From Mobula hypostoma (taxonomy: Eukaryota): DNA of 64,000 nt. A program made the translations under genes and the position numbers. Position 1 is the stretch's first letter, and every line of letters starts with the position of its first letter. Of the stretch, positions 38,936-51,600 are shown one piece after another. The stretch is taken from assembly GCF_963921235.1 (NCBI RefSeq), contig NC_086097.1, forward strand, positions 32,924,001 to 32,988,000, written 5' to 3'. The notes below the pieces were generated by a model, which saw only the letters and a list, made by a program, of their open reading frames with translations, made no database searches and was not told where the DNA came from.

Positions 38936-39069
38936 AGATTTGTAAGGTTGTTAGCTGTGGCTGAAGCATTTAGAACTCAATACATCTTTGGGTAAGGGAT
39001 TGTTTGCTTACATCTGAGTTGAGGAGCAGGACTGTGTGAATCTGGAATCATGAAATACTGTGAATGTTT

Positions 39070-39415
39070 TAGAACATAAAACATTACAGCACAATTCAGA
39101 GCACAATATTGTGCCGCCCTTTTAACTTTGAGATTAATCTAACCCTTTTCTCCCACATAGCCCTCCATTTTTTTTATCATCCATGTCCCTATCTAAGAGG
39201 TTCTTCATTGCCCCTAACGCGTCTGCCTCTACCACCTCTGGCAGCACATTCCACACACCCACCATTCTCTGTGTAATAAAAGCCAACCTCTGATATGCCC
39301 CTATACTTTTCTCCAATCATAAAATTTTCCCCCTTATGTTAGCTATTTCCACCCTAGGCAAAAATATCCACTCGATCTGTGGCTCTTATCATTTTGTACA
39401 CCTCTGTCAAGTCAA
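39070..39415 (-). mobile_element. CR1 3' end fragment
   Basis: TAGAACATAAAACATTACAGCAC tail; TQRMVGVWNVLP. Confidence 0.75.
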
Positions 39416-39601
39416 CAACCTCTATTTAGTTGTTAACTACGAGGGTGAAATTGTTGGATTCTTGTAACTGATAGAATTAGGATATGGGATTGGGGAAGAA
39501 AAGGGAATTGATGTCCATGACCAAGTATAATCTTACTAAGTGATGGAGAAGGCTTAAGGAGCTGTGTGATCTACTCCTGTTTCTTCTGCCTTATGTATCT
39601 G

Positions 39602-39890
39602 CAGTACTGTGCAGAAGGCTTAGGTACATGTAAACAAATTCTGTAAAACGAATATGCTTTCAAAAATAATGAATTGATGAGTTTCTAAACATCAAAATAT
39701 TACAAGAAAGAGCAGTAAACAGTAAAACACTAAATCAAATCAACGTTTGGTGTGACCACCCTTTGCCTTTTAAATGGCATCATTTCTCTTAGGTACATTG
39801 TTGTGCAGTTTTATAAGAAAATCTGCTGATAGGTTGTACCAAGCATCTTGGTGAACTTGCCATAATTCAGTAGACTTTTGCTGTCTTTCC
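39602..39890. mobile_element. Tc1-like terminal fragment just upstream of exon 40017
   Basis: Begins CAGTACTGTGCAGAAGGCTTAGG (Tc1 TIR-like), followed by TTTGGTGTGACCACCCTTTGCC; no second TIR found. Confidence 0.5.
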
Positions 39891-40016
39891 AGGTGGCTTA
39901 TAGTGGAAAAAGTTTACTCTGTATTTCAACATACTATTCTGTCCTGAGAGTTACCTGCATCCCTTCCCAGAAGTGAGAGGTGGTTCTAACCCTGGCATGT
40001 TTGTGTAACCTTACAG

Positions 40017-40123
40017 GTCCATCCCAACAGTAATGATTTCAATTTGATGTGGTCCGGTTCCCATTTGAAACCCTATCTATTCCGCTCACTGCTGGATTTT
40101 CAAAAAGTCAACCACTTTCCCAG
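40017..40123 (+). CDS. TTLL5: TTLL5 coding exon 4 (107 nt; [36 protein letters not shown])
   Basis: ttacag| acceptor and AG|GTACGT donor; contains the TTL-family QKVNHFP motif. Confidence 0.97.
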
Positions 40124-40624
40124 GTACGTATCTAAACCATCATATTTCTGCTTCATGAACCACTCTGATTCATTCCTGAGATTCAAGCAAAGGTTATCTT
40201 GCTGGGATGATGAGGAGACATTGTTTATCTATCACTAATGACGTTGGCTGTATATTAGAGGGACAGTGTCATGTCATATCTGTAGATCTGATCACATCAT
40301 GGTAAGTAGGGAGGGATAACAATGTGGAGAACAGCTGCTACAGGCAACAAAATCTGAACAGGCTTTTGAATAGACTTGATAAATAAATGCAATGTAGCTA
40401 AGTGTATGATGGTACGTTTTGTTTGGAATGAGGAGTTTGCATATTTCTTAGATAGTGGGATAGTACAATATTCAAGGAAGGACCTGCAAGTGCAGGTGCT
40501 AAGGCCAGCAACACATAAGCTGACACCTATAAAGGATTCCGTACCTTGATGAGAATTATCCCATGAGTTGACACCTACTGATGGGAGTTATCTGAGACAC
40601 CAGATATGTGTATATGTATATGTA

Positions 40625-41625
40625 TTCCTCACCTACCACCCCACCAGCCTCGGGGTCCAACATATTATTCTCCGTAACTTCCACCACCTCCAACGGGATC
40701 CCACCACTAAGCACATCTTTCCCTCCCCCCCCTCTCTGCATTCCACAGGGATCGCTCCCTACGCAACTCCCTTGTCCATTCGTCCCCCTCATCCCTCCCC
40801 ACTGATCTCCTTCCTGGCACTTATCCGTGTAAGCGGAACAAGTGCTACACATGCCCTTACACTTCCTCCCTTACCACCATTCAGGGCCCCAAACAGTCCT
40901 TCCAGGTGAGGCGACACTTCACCTGTGAGTCGACTGGGGTGATATACTGCGTCCGGTGCTCCCGATGTGGCCTTTTATATATTGGCGAGACCCGACGCAG
41001 AGTGGGAGACCGCTTTGCTGAACATCTACGCTCTGTCCGCCAGAGAAAGCAGGATCTCCCAGTGGCCACACATTTTAATTCCACATCCCATTCCCATTCT
41101 GACATGTCTATCCACGGCCTCCTCTACTGTAAAGATGAAGCCACACTCAGGTTGGAGGAACAACACCTTATATTCCGTCTGGGTAGCCTCCAACCTGATG
41201 GCATGAACACTGACTTCTCTAACTTCCGCTAATGCCCCACCTCCCCCTCGTACCCCATCTGTTACTCATTTTTATGCACACATTCTTTCTCTCACTCTCC
41301 TTTTTCTCCCTCTGTCCCTCTGAATATACCTCTTGCCCATTCTCTGGGTCCCCCCCCCCTTGTCTTTCTTCCCAGACCTCCTGTCCCATGATCCTCTCAT
41401 ATCCCTTTTGCCAATCACCTGTCCAGCTCTTGGCTCCATCCCTCCCCCTCCTGTCTTCTCCTATCATTTTGGATCTCCGCCTCCCCCTCCAACTTTCAAA
41501 TCCCTTACTCACTCTTCCTTCAGTTAGTCCTGACGAAGGATCTCGGCCTGAAACGTTGACTGCACCTCTTCCTAGAGATGCTGCCTGGCCTGCTGCGTTC
41601 ACCAGCAACTTTGATGTGTGTTGTT
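40625..41625 (+). mobile_element. Penelope-like 3' fragment (intact GIY-YIG domain plus terminal repeat)
   Basis: 108-aa ORF FTCESTGVIYCVRCSRCGLLYIGETRRRVGDRFAEH..PVATHFN..RLEEQHLIFRLGSLQPDGMN. Confidence 0.92.
41526..41561 (+). ncRNA. Minimal type I hammerhead ribozyme motif (GUU triplet), sense to TTLL5
   Basis: AGUC-CUGACGA-AGGAUCUCGGCCU-GAAAC-GUU-GACU; weakened helix II. Confidence 0.68.
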
Positions 41626-42329
41626 CTGATTTGTGAAAGTGCTGAGGCTGCAAAGGGTAACAATTAGTAACCAGGTTTATATGGATTTGGGAATGTATAT
41701 TCAACTCAGACATTAAAGGTTAAAGATTAGCTTAATTACATGTACATCGAAACATAAGTCAACAACCACCACATTCTGTGGGTATGCTGGAGGCAACTCA
41801 TCAGAATCAGATAGACAATTCATACAGCCCAAGATTGTGTTTCATTAGTATTGAGCCAATTACTTTGAAATCTTGGCTGAAATTAGACCTCTCAGAAATA
41901 AAATGCGGCTGTCATTTTTCTGTGGTTATTAAACCATAGTTTTTTTGGGATATTTGCACAGAAATCTCAAACCAGCATATAATTGGATTTGGAGAAGGCT
42001 TTAAATAGAAATGCAACACTGATGATATATTTGTTCTTCTGTATTTATTCTGTATATTGAATTTGCATCTAGTTACAGTTTTTTCTTTAAAAAAGTGGTG
42101 TGATTGGCTGAAATCTGGCGGGGGTTACCAAAGCTTCACTGTCTCTCTTTGAGATCTAGTCCAACATGCCATTTCCATTGAAGAGTAGCATATCACATTT
42201 TAGTTTCATTATGGAAAAGTTTATTAGCAATAATAATGACAGAGCAGACTCATTGGGCCGAGTGACCTAATATGCTCTTGTCATGGTCTAATACCATTAG
42301 AATTCCAGCACTTCAACCATAGTCAGAGA

Positions 42330-42640
42330 TAGAATCGTAGAGCACATATACAACCCCTTTGGCCCATTGCATTTGTCCTGACCTGAAACACCCATCTGCA
42401 ATAATCCCATTTTCTTCTTGCATCCCTAGAGATTCCACCTTTCCAAATTCCTCTTAATCCTCCTGCCACAAACCTACACCAAGGTATCCTTACAGTGGCC
42501 AACTAACCTACTAGCTCTCGTCTTTGGGATGTGGGAAGAAACTGAAGTACTTGGAGAAAACTTGTGCAGCCACAGGGAATAGTACATGCAAACTCCACAG
42601 AGAGCACTTGAGGTCAGGTCAACATCAAACCTTCTGTTAC
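42330..42640 (-). mobile_element. V-SINE with a CR1-like tail
   Basis: TTTGGGATGTGGGAAGAAACTGAAGTACTTGGAGAAAAC..CATGCAAACTCCACA. Confidence 0.65.
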
Positions 42641-42789
42641 TGTAGCTGTGAGAAAGCACTAGCTATTGTGGGGATTGTGCTGCTTTGCTCAGCTAAGTTC
42701 TATCAGTGGTAATCTTACTTTTAATTTTATACTTTGATAAATGTGCTTAAAAGTGTGCTGAAACTCTGATGATTATTTTCTCATTCCAG

Positions 42790-42920
42790 ATCCTATGAGT
42801 TGACCAGGAAGGATCGGCTGTATAAAAATATTCAACGCATGCAACAGACCCATGGTTTCAAACACTTCAACATTATACCTCAGGCCTTTATCCTCCCTTC
42901 TGAGTATCAGGAATTATCGA
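42790..42920 (+). CDS. TTLL5: TTLL5 coding exon 5 (131 nt; [43 protein letters not shown])
   Basis: ttccag| acceptor and A|GTAAGG donor; ELTRKDRL and P-x-x-F-x-LP motifs. Too short to appear in the ORF track. Confidence 0.97.
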
Positions 42921-43284
42921 GTAAGGGCATTTTATACTGTCACGCTTCAGTTTAGTCCAAGTGAGACTAGGTTGAGTGAATGGTGATTATTTTTATTTCA
43001 TTCCCACCTTAACAAACTGAGGATTTGAATTCCATTTGCACAATTTGGTTTCAGTAAAAGTGCCCACAAAGTAACATTTGACAGTGATAGGCTAGTCATC
43101 AGAATATACTGGAAATGGCCAGCAGCTCCAATAGTATTTGTGGAGAGAGAATCATAATCAACATTTCCAGCAGCTGAACTTTAATCAGAACTGGAAAAAG
43201 TTTGAAGTAAAATATGTTTTAAGTGGAAGAGGAGGGAGAAGGGGAACACCCGTTTGTAATAATGTGGAAACCTGGAGTAAAAAA

Positions 43285-44280
43285 ATGTCAAGGTTAAGTC
43301 TATTGTCATGTACAAATACATGTTTGCACAAATGCAATAAAAAAAACTTACTTGCAGCAGCATCACAGTCATATAGTGTCAGATACACAATGTGCAGAGA
43401 GGAATGATAAATCAAAAAAAAATTTACATGAAAGAACACAATTAGAATTTTTAAAAATATTTAGTACTTCAACCATATGTTTGTTTTAATATAATGTGGT
43501 CATAATATTACTATATTGAGGTAGAGATTAGGATTGTGTAGGTTGGTTCAAGAGCCAGATGGTTTAAGGGAAGTAGTTATTCTTGAACATGATTATGCAG
43601 GACTTCTATGACTGCTGCCCAATGGTAGCTGCAAGAAAATGGCATGGCATGGTGGGGATCTTTGATGATAGATATTACCTTTTTGAGGCAGTGCCTCCTG
43701 TGGGTACTCCTGGTGGTGGGGAGGTTTGTGCCAGTGATGTATTGGGCAGAGTCCAGTACTCTTTGTAGCTTCTGTGTTCTCATGTCTTGGAATTGCTGTA
43801 CCAGACCACGATGCAACCAGGCAAGATATTTTCAACAGTCCATCTGTGGAAGCTTGTTAGAGTGTTCAGTGACATGCTGAATGTCCTTAACCTAATAAAG
43901 TGAAGGCACTGTCGTGCCCTCCTTGTAACTCCATCTATGAGCTGGGCTCAGGACAGATCATCTGATACGCTAATGCCCAGGAATTTAAAACTGCTGTCAT
44001 TCTCTACTGTTGATCTGCCAACGCAGACTTGAGCATGTTCACCCTCCTTCTCCCTCATAACGATAAAATTAGCTCTTTAGTTTTACTGATATTTAGTGAG
44101 AGATTGGCACTACACAAACAGGTGTCTATCTCATTCCTATATGCTGACTCATCACCTGTGAATCGTCCAACAACAATAGTGTTATTAGTGAATTTGTATA
44201 TGGCATTGGAGCTGTTTACAGCCACATAATCATGTGTACAGGGAGTAGAGTAGGGGGTTAAGCATGCAGGCTTGAAGTTG
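43285..44280 (-). mobile_element. Decayed Rex1-like LINE 3' fragment
   Basis: QKLQRVLDSAQYITGT.LP..CLKKVISIIKDPHH; YKFTNNTIVVG remnant. Confidence 0.75.
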
Positions 44281-45547
44281 AGAGGCAGAATGATATAAAT
44301 ACTGGCACTGTTGGCTAGGTGCTAAAGGCTAGTATATAATGTATGCTTGAGGGAGGCATTGACTCGTTTATCTCTTAACTCGCAAAAGCAAAAGAAAAAC
44401 CATCTAACTGAAAAGTTAATTCTGTTTCTCTCTTCATAGACACTGCCCAATCTCTTGAGTATTTTCAGCATTTTCTGACTTTTTTCAGATCGCCAACATC
44501 TGTAGTATTTTGCCTTTGTTATTGAAAACTGAATTGATTTACTAATGTTCTTCACAAAGGACACCTGCTTGGGGCTGAGCAACACACAACATGTATGGGG
44601 AAAAAGTACAGTCAACGTTTCTGACCGAAAACCTTCGGCAGGACTGGAGAAAAAAAGCTGAGGAGTAGATTTAAAAGGGGGGGAGGGGAGGCTGATCTGG
44701 AGATTACTCTGAATTACCTTTTGACTGCCTACGCAGATTCCACAGTTGTTGGCAACAATTGCTGAGGTTACACTGTGGTGGTTCCATGCTCTTGGTGACA
44801 GTGGCTAGAATGGTAGTACTGTAATATGTGTCATTATCAGCAAATGACTATTAGTCTGCTTCCTCAAAACATCCTGCTGAGTCCTGATGGAGGGTCTCCG
44901 CTCAAAATGTTGACTGTCCATTCCCCCACCCCCAAAGATACTCCTGACCCGCTAAGTCCCTCCAGCATTTTGTGTGTTGCCCAAGATTTCCAGTATTTGC
45001 TGAATCTCTTATGTAATGATATCCTGTTGTTATGTTTTTTTAAACTTTTCTCCAGAGAGCCATCTAATTGTCCTTTGATTCCTTTTAAGCATCTGATGGA
45101 ATGCACTCTTCATGTTCATCAGTTTTATTAACCTTGGATTATAAAATTGTCCTGATCCATTTAACTAACTGATAAAGTGATCTTACAGACTCTGAACAAA
45201 TAAAATGCCCTCAAATAATGCCCAAAGTGAAGCTAATTCCGGACATTTGGATAGATGGCACTGGTTATGTGGCAGGACTGTGACCCTAATCTCATCCCTT
45301 GGGATGGGGTCCTGGAGCTGTTCTAGTTCCTCAGCCATACTCAATGCCATACATTAGCCAAACCTAATCCTGTGCATCAGGGGACAGAGTGCTGTAGCTA
45401 TTCTAGTTCCTTGGGATTGGGTGGTCTCTGGGCCTCAGTTCTTGGTACACTTCACTCTGGATCCATTGTGAGGACTTGACTTCGACCCTGTCCCCAGACT
45501 TTGGGAACAGTTTTTCTCAAAAACCAGTTTTTATTTTTTTTCACAAG

Positions 45548-45630
45548 ATGCACATTCAAAGGATAAAGGACCATGGATTGTCAAGCCCGTGGCATCTTCC
45601 AGGGGTCGTGGTGTCTATCTTGTCAGCAGC
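45548..45630 (+). CDS. TTLL5: TTLL5 coding exon 6 (83 nt; NAHSKDKGPWIVKPVASSRGRGVYLVSS)
   Basis: Long T tract plus cacaag| acceptor and AGC|GTAAGT donor; ATP-grasp motif WIVKP-xxx-RGRG. Confidence 0.97.
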
Positions 45631-48600
45631 GTAAGTACTAGGGAAGAGGATGGTTGTCTGCTGGAGAAGCGTGAGTGCAATAACAAGTCTCAATGTTCTA
45701 ATGACAGTGCAGTGGAGTTGGTGGGTTTCTGTGGTCTAGCTGTGAGCTGCATGTTGTGATTCCTGTCTCCGATCCATGCTGGAAAACCTTCCTGAATGGA
45801 TACCAAATCAGGTGGGGATTAGCAGTGACTTTTCCATGAGCTTCAGCAGCACAATAGCACTCACTGGGTACTCACAATAGGATAGTTACACGCTTAAGGT
45901 AGCACAAAACTGTGATCTTCTGTTCTTATAGACAATTCACTCAGGATCGAGGATGACTTGCTTGTGGTAACTCATGAGAGGGCACTGTCAGAACCACAGA
46001 CTTTTCCGTGGATATTCAAGAGGTGCCTAATAGGCCAGACAGGTGGCTGTACGTATTTTCTGGGTTTTTGTGTGCTTATGACATATGGATCTGAGTGCTA
46101 TTCCATATGTGTTGCCTCCATTTTGAACTATCACAGGCCAGATTTCAATAAGGGCAAACCATATAGAAATGTTTAATATTATGAGAGGCAAGGTGGATAG
46201 TAAGAGTCTTTTCCCCAAGGTAAAGGAGTCTAAAACTTGGAGGAATAGATTTAGGGTGAGAGGGAAAACTGAGGGGCAACTACTTCATGCAGAGGGTGGT
46301 GAATATATGCTCTGAATCAGCTAGACTTTTTTGAAGACCCAATGTCAGTGCATCCGTGTCTGAATCTGAGTCCACTAGAGACTGGAAGCCAAAGAATATG
46401 GACTATCTTCAGTGTTAGAGAATTTATGTATGTGTGTGGGTGTGTAGGAGGAAATGGGGGCTTGTTTTACTATTGTTGTTTCATTGTGTTGTGTTCTGTT
46501 TTGTTGCATTCTGTGTTGTTCTGCCAAGCATTGCAGGCATGCTGTTTTAGAAATTCAGACAACACTTGTAGACACATCCTTGAGTGTGTTGGTTGCTAAC
46601 ACAAACAATGTATTTCTCTTTATGTTGAGGAGGTGGTTGAGACAGGTACAATAGTAACATTTAAGAAGTGCTTGGATAGGTGCTTGGAGGAAAATGGGCC
46701 GAATGTAGAAAATTGGGACTAGTTGGGTGGGTGCCCTGGTCGGCATGGACTGCTAGGGTTGAGGAGTCTGTATATGTTCTGTATTGCTCTGTTACTCTTT
46801 TACTTAAGAAGGAAATTAAGAGGGCAAAATGAGGACATGAAATGGCTTTGGCAAGCGACATTTAGGAAAATCTCAAAACCCTCTATAATTGCATTAGAAG
46901 CAAGAGTATAGTAGGGAAATCTGCATGTGGAGCCAGGGGTTATGATGGAATTCTAAAAAAAAATCACCAGGGAGAAGGATGTGAAGCGTGGAGAATTTAG
47001 AGGAGGGATGAGCTGATCTTGTGGAAATTGTCTGTGACGGGAAGGAGGAAAGTTTAGAAATATTATTTCACACAAGGTGGATAAATCCCCAGGGCCTGAT
47101 GCAACCAATCCAGAATGCTATGGGAAACGAGGGAGGAGATACTGGGGCTGATAGTGATTTCTACAGTATAGGTGAGGTATCAGAAGACAGAAGGTTAGCC
47201 AATGATATCCTCTTATTCTGACAAAGCAATAGAAATAAGCCTAAAAACTTCAGGCCAGCATGCCTTGTATCACTGCTAGGAAAATTACTAGAAAAATTCT
47301 AAAGGAAAGGATTTGTGTTTACCTGGAAAGGCATGGACTGGTTAGGGGGACTCCAATAAAAACTGCTGGAGGCATTGTGGGGGCCAAGCACTGCAGGCAT
47401 GCTGTTTTTATGTGGAGAGGGAAGAATTGTTAATGTTTTAGGTTGAGGCCCCCCATCAGGGGAGAGAGAGGAGAGGGGAAATATCCGGTATAAAGTGGTG
47501 AGAGGGAGATGGGCACAAGTGGGAGATAGGTGACTGAGAAAGGGTGATGGGCAGGAGGTGCCAGGAGGGGAAGGGGTGGATGTAGAATACAGAGGCAAGT
47601 TGGAGATAGGTGAAAGCAGATGTTGCGGGGGTGGGAGGGATAGAACCAGGTGGGGGAGAGTTCAGTGAAGGTGGAGACAGGGTGGAAGATGAGAGACAGT
47701 TTCTCTGTCTCATCAGGAAGAAGCACCCCAACAGCACAACATACTCTCAATAATGGCAGAGCTGGTTTATGGACTGGGGGTGGTCTGGGAGTGGGAGCTT
47801 TTGACTCAGACATGAAAGTGCTGCCGTGCTGCCTACAGAGAAACAACCACTAGGCGTATCATGAATCTTTGAAACACTCACATGAGTTTGGTTCTCAATC
47901 CTGTCCTTTCAAAGTAAAATTGCATGATTTCCACACCCCAGACTTTGACACTGGGGATCAAATTTGTACCTTCTCTGTGGGCTATTTGCTTCAGTTGACA
48001 TGAGTGCCTCACAGAAAAGGTACTAAGTTGCTCTGGATGTATATAATCTTCATCAAGTATACGTATTTCTGTGCTTCTCCAAGAGGTGGGATTAATCAGT
48101 AAATATTCAATTTTAATTGGTGCCTCAACGTGGCTCTCAACATCTATTTGTTTTATTCATTCAAACTATGTTATTTATGTTCACTGTAGCATGTCTGTAA
48201 CATCTCCTTATTTGAAGGAGGATGAGAAGTGACTTGATAGAGATGTATAAGATGATAAGAGGCATAGATAGAGTAGACTGCCAGAACAGTTTTCCCAGGG
48301 TGGAAGTGACTGATACGAGAGGGCAAAATTTTATGTTATTGGAGGAATGTATAGGGTGGGATGTCAGAGATATGTCAGAACGCATTGCCAGGGGTAGCGG
48401 TAGAGGAGAATACATGAAGGTTTAAGGCATATGGATGAAAGAAAAATGGAAGGCTATGTGGGAGGGAAAGGTTAGATTGACCTCAGAGTAGGTTCAAAAG
48501 GTTGGCATAACATTGTGGGCTGAAGGGCCTGTACTGTGCTGTACTGTTCTCATGTTCTATTCTGCTATCTATTAATTTTCCTTTTGTACTGCTTCGATCC

Positions 48601-48706
48601 TCTGATGTGATGAAATTATCCATATAGATAGAATGCAAAACAAAGTTTTTTGCTGTACATTTGTCCATGTGACTATAATAATGTTTTGCTACTTGCAATG
48701 TTTCAG

Positions 48707-48776
48707 CCCAATCAAATTACAACAGATGAGAATATCCTAGTTTCACGTTACATCCGCTCCCCACTGCTGATAGATG
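48707..48776 (+). CDS. TTLL5: TTLL5 coding exon 7 (70 nt; PNQITTDENILVSRYIRSPLLID)
   Basis: tttcag| acceptor and G|GTAAGT donor; V-S-R-Y-I-x-x-P-L-L-I-D motif. Confidence 0.96.
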
Positions 48777-48967
48777 GTAAGTTTTTTCTTTCTCTGCAAT
48801 ATACCCATTTCTTTTCCTGAAATGTATTTAACCATTTAAACTGCAAGTGTGAAATCAAGCACACTTCTTTGCCTCTGTAACTGCTCATGGCATTTGACTT
48901 GAATGGTCCATCGTGGGAACAGAAATCAAGTAATATAGTAATAGTTATGGCATGGAAACAGGCCATT

Positions 48968-49584
48968 TATGATTATGAAGACACATAGTCCTCTTTTATT
49001 GTAATTTAGTAATGCATGCAGTAAGAAATTATACATTATTTCCTCTGGTGTGATATCACAAAACACAGGACAGACCAAGACTGAAAAAACTGACAAAACC
49101 ACATAATTATAACATATAGTTACAACAGTGCACAATACCATAACTTGATGAAGATGTCCATGAGCACAGTAAAGTCCAAAGTTTCTCAAATGTCCCACAT
49201 CTCACGCAGACGGGAGAAGGAAAAATAACTCTCCCTGCCATGCCGACCACAATCCGACTCTGAGTCATCCGAAAACTTCGAGCTCTGATCAGCTCTCCGA
49301 CACCGTGTACTGAGCGCCATCTCTGTCGGAAAGATTCAACCTTCCTCTCGGTTGCCAAAAGCAGGCAAGGCCGGGGACTTTGAGGCCTACCCTCCAAAAG
49401 ATTCCCGACCACACAGTAATGATAGCAGCGAACGGGCGTTTCAGAAATTTCTCCAGATGTTCCTCTGTGCTTTCACGTACATTCTCCATCAATCAGAATT
49501 GTCCACGGCCCCTATTTAACAGATACAATATCATTTTTCACTGGAGGGCTGCGCACGCGCGGCGCGCCGCCATCTTCTCCTCCC
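48968..49584 (-). mobile_element. ~620-bp non-coding SINE-like element, copy 2 (CpG-rich, probably young)
   Basis: Similar to 19240-19860; minus-strand start GGGAGGAGAAGATGGCGGCGCGCC; (TCATAA)n-like tail; inserted in a CR1 3' tail. Confidence 0.75.
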
Positions 49585-49819
49585 ACATTGGGCTCAACTC
49601 ATCATGCTGACCAAGTTGCCTACCCATGAGCTAGTCCCATTTGCCTGTGTTTGGTCTGTATCCCTCTGAACCCTTCCTATCCATGTACCTGTCTAAAACC
49701 CTTTAAATATTGTAATTGTACTCACATATACAGCTTTGTCTGACATCTTGTCTCATAGTCCCACCAAAAGAGCTCTCAAAAAGCTATCCAGGACATCAGC
49801 ACATATGATTAGCATTCAT

Positions 49820-50600
49820 AATACCAAAAAGGCATAGGAGCAGAATTGGGGCATTCAGCCCATCAAGTCTGCTCTGCCATCATGACTAATTTATTAATCT
49901 TCTCAACCCCATTTTCCTAGCCTCTCGTAACTTTTGATGCCCTTACTAATCAAGAATCTATCAACCTCAGCTTTAAATAGACCCAATGATTTGGCTTCCA
50001 CAACTGTCTGTGGCAATAAATTCCACAGATTCAGTACCCTCTGGCTAAAGAAATTCTTCCTCATCTTTATTCTAAAGGGACATCCTTCTATTCTGAGGCT
50101 ATGCCTCTAGTTCTAGACTTTCCCGCTATAGGAAACACCTTCTGCGCATCCACTCTTGTGGCCTTTCGATATCTGATAGGTTTCAATGAGACCCCCGCCC
50201 TCATTTTTCTAAACTCCAGCAAGTACAGCCTTAAGCCATCAAACACTCATTATATCATTGTCAGGATCATTATCGCGAATCTCTTCTGAATCCCCTCCAA
50301 TGCCAGCACATCCTTTCTTAGATAAGGGGCCCAAAACTGTTTATAATACTCTAACTGCAGTCTGACTATTGCCTTATAAAGCCTCATTATTGCATCCTGG
50401 CATTTACGAGTATATTCTAGTCCTCTAAAAAATAAATCCTAACATTGCATTTGTCTTCTTTACCACTGACTTAACCTGCAAGTTAACCTTTAGGGAATCC
50501 TGCATCAGGACTCCTAGGTCCCTTTGTAGCGTCTAAATTTTCTCCCTTTATTTGAAAATAGTCTATCCCTTTATTTCTTCTACCAAAGTGCATGACCTTC
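49820..50600 (-). mobile_element. CR1 3' fragment
   Basis: TAGGAGCAGAATT tail; NFFSQRVLNLWNLLP; same family as 24690 and 58620. Confidence 0.8.
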
Positions 50601-50669
50601 ACTAACTGCCTCAGGGTATAAGGAAGAGTTTGTGTTGGGATGTACCCACCTTTCCACCATGTTAAGTAA

Positions 50670-51600
50670 GATCAGAGATCAACTTTATTCACCATATACA
50701 TTCACATGTATTAGGAATTTGCTTTTGTGTATTGGTAAGAGCACAATATGAAACAAAAAGCAACATTCAACACATAAAGAATTATATAAAAAGAAAGTTG
50801 GAGGTTAAAGGATGGATATGGAATGAAATGTGCATAAATACATAAATTCCTGCATGGTCTTGCAATGTAAGCAGCATTGTATAAGGTGGTTTGAAGTGTC
50901 TACAGTGCAGTGACGACTAACAAGAATGGTTGATCAGATTAACCGCCTGGGGGAAGAAACTTCTAAAATAGTATGAAGTTTCTGTTTTAATAGCACTGTA
51001 GAGCTTTCCAGAAGGGAACTTTTGGAAAAGGAACTTTGTAGGGTGGGTAGTGTCTGCAATGATTTTTCTTGGTCTCTTCTTCGTCCTGGACATGTACAAG
51101 TCCTGCAGTGATTGTACCAGTAAGTTCTGAGGAAGCTGGAATTTTACCAACTGCTGCAAGTAGTATATTCTCGGCAAAGCCCTTTGTTAATGAAGGGGAT
51201 ATGGTTCTCCCACATGAGGTCCTGCAGAGTAATGATGCCCAGGAACCCGAATGCTGAAACGGTACTGACTATGGAGTTGTTGATGATGAGTGGGTGGAAA
51301 AGCGACACAATTCTCCTGAAATCAATATTCATCTCCATGTTTTTGAGGGCATTCAGCTTCAATTCGTTGTGATTGCACTAGAACACTAACTTGTTTACTT
51401 TGTAGTGGAACTTTAATTCGCCACTTCTGGTGGTTAGTCCAATGACAGTGGTGTCAGCTGCAAACTTTATCAGTTTAATTGATGGATGACTGGAGATCCA
51501 GTCATTGATGTAGAGAGAAAATAGGAGAAAGGAGAGAACACACCCCTGTGGCACATCAGTGCTGAGTGATTGGGATGTGGAGATGTGCTTGTATAAGATC
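50670..51600 (-). mobile_element. Rex1-like LINE 3' fragment
   Basis: STDVPQGCVLS.LLFSLY.ND..LIKFAADTTVIG; SFFPQAVNLIN. Confidence 0.8.
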
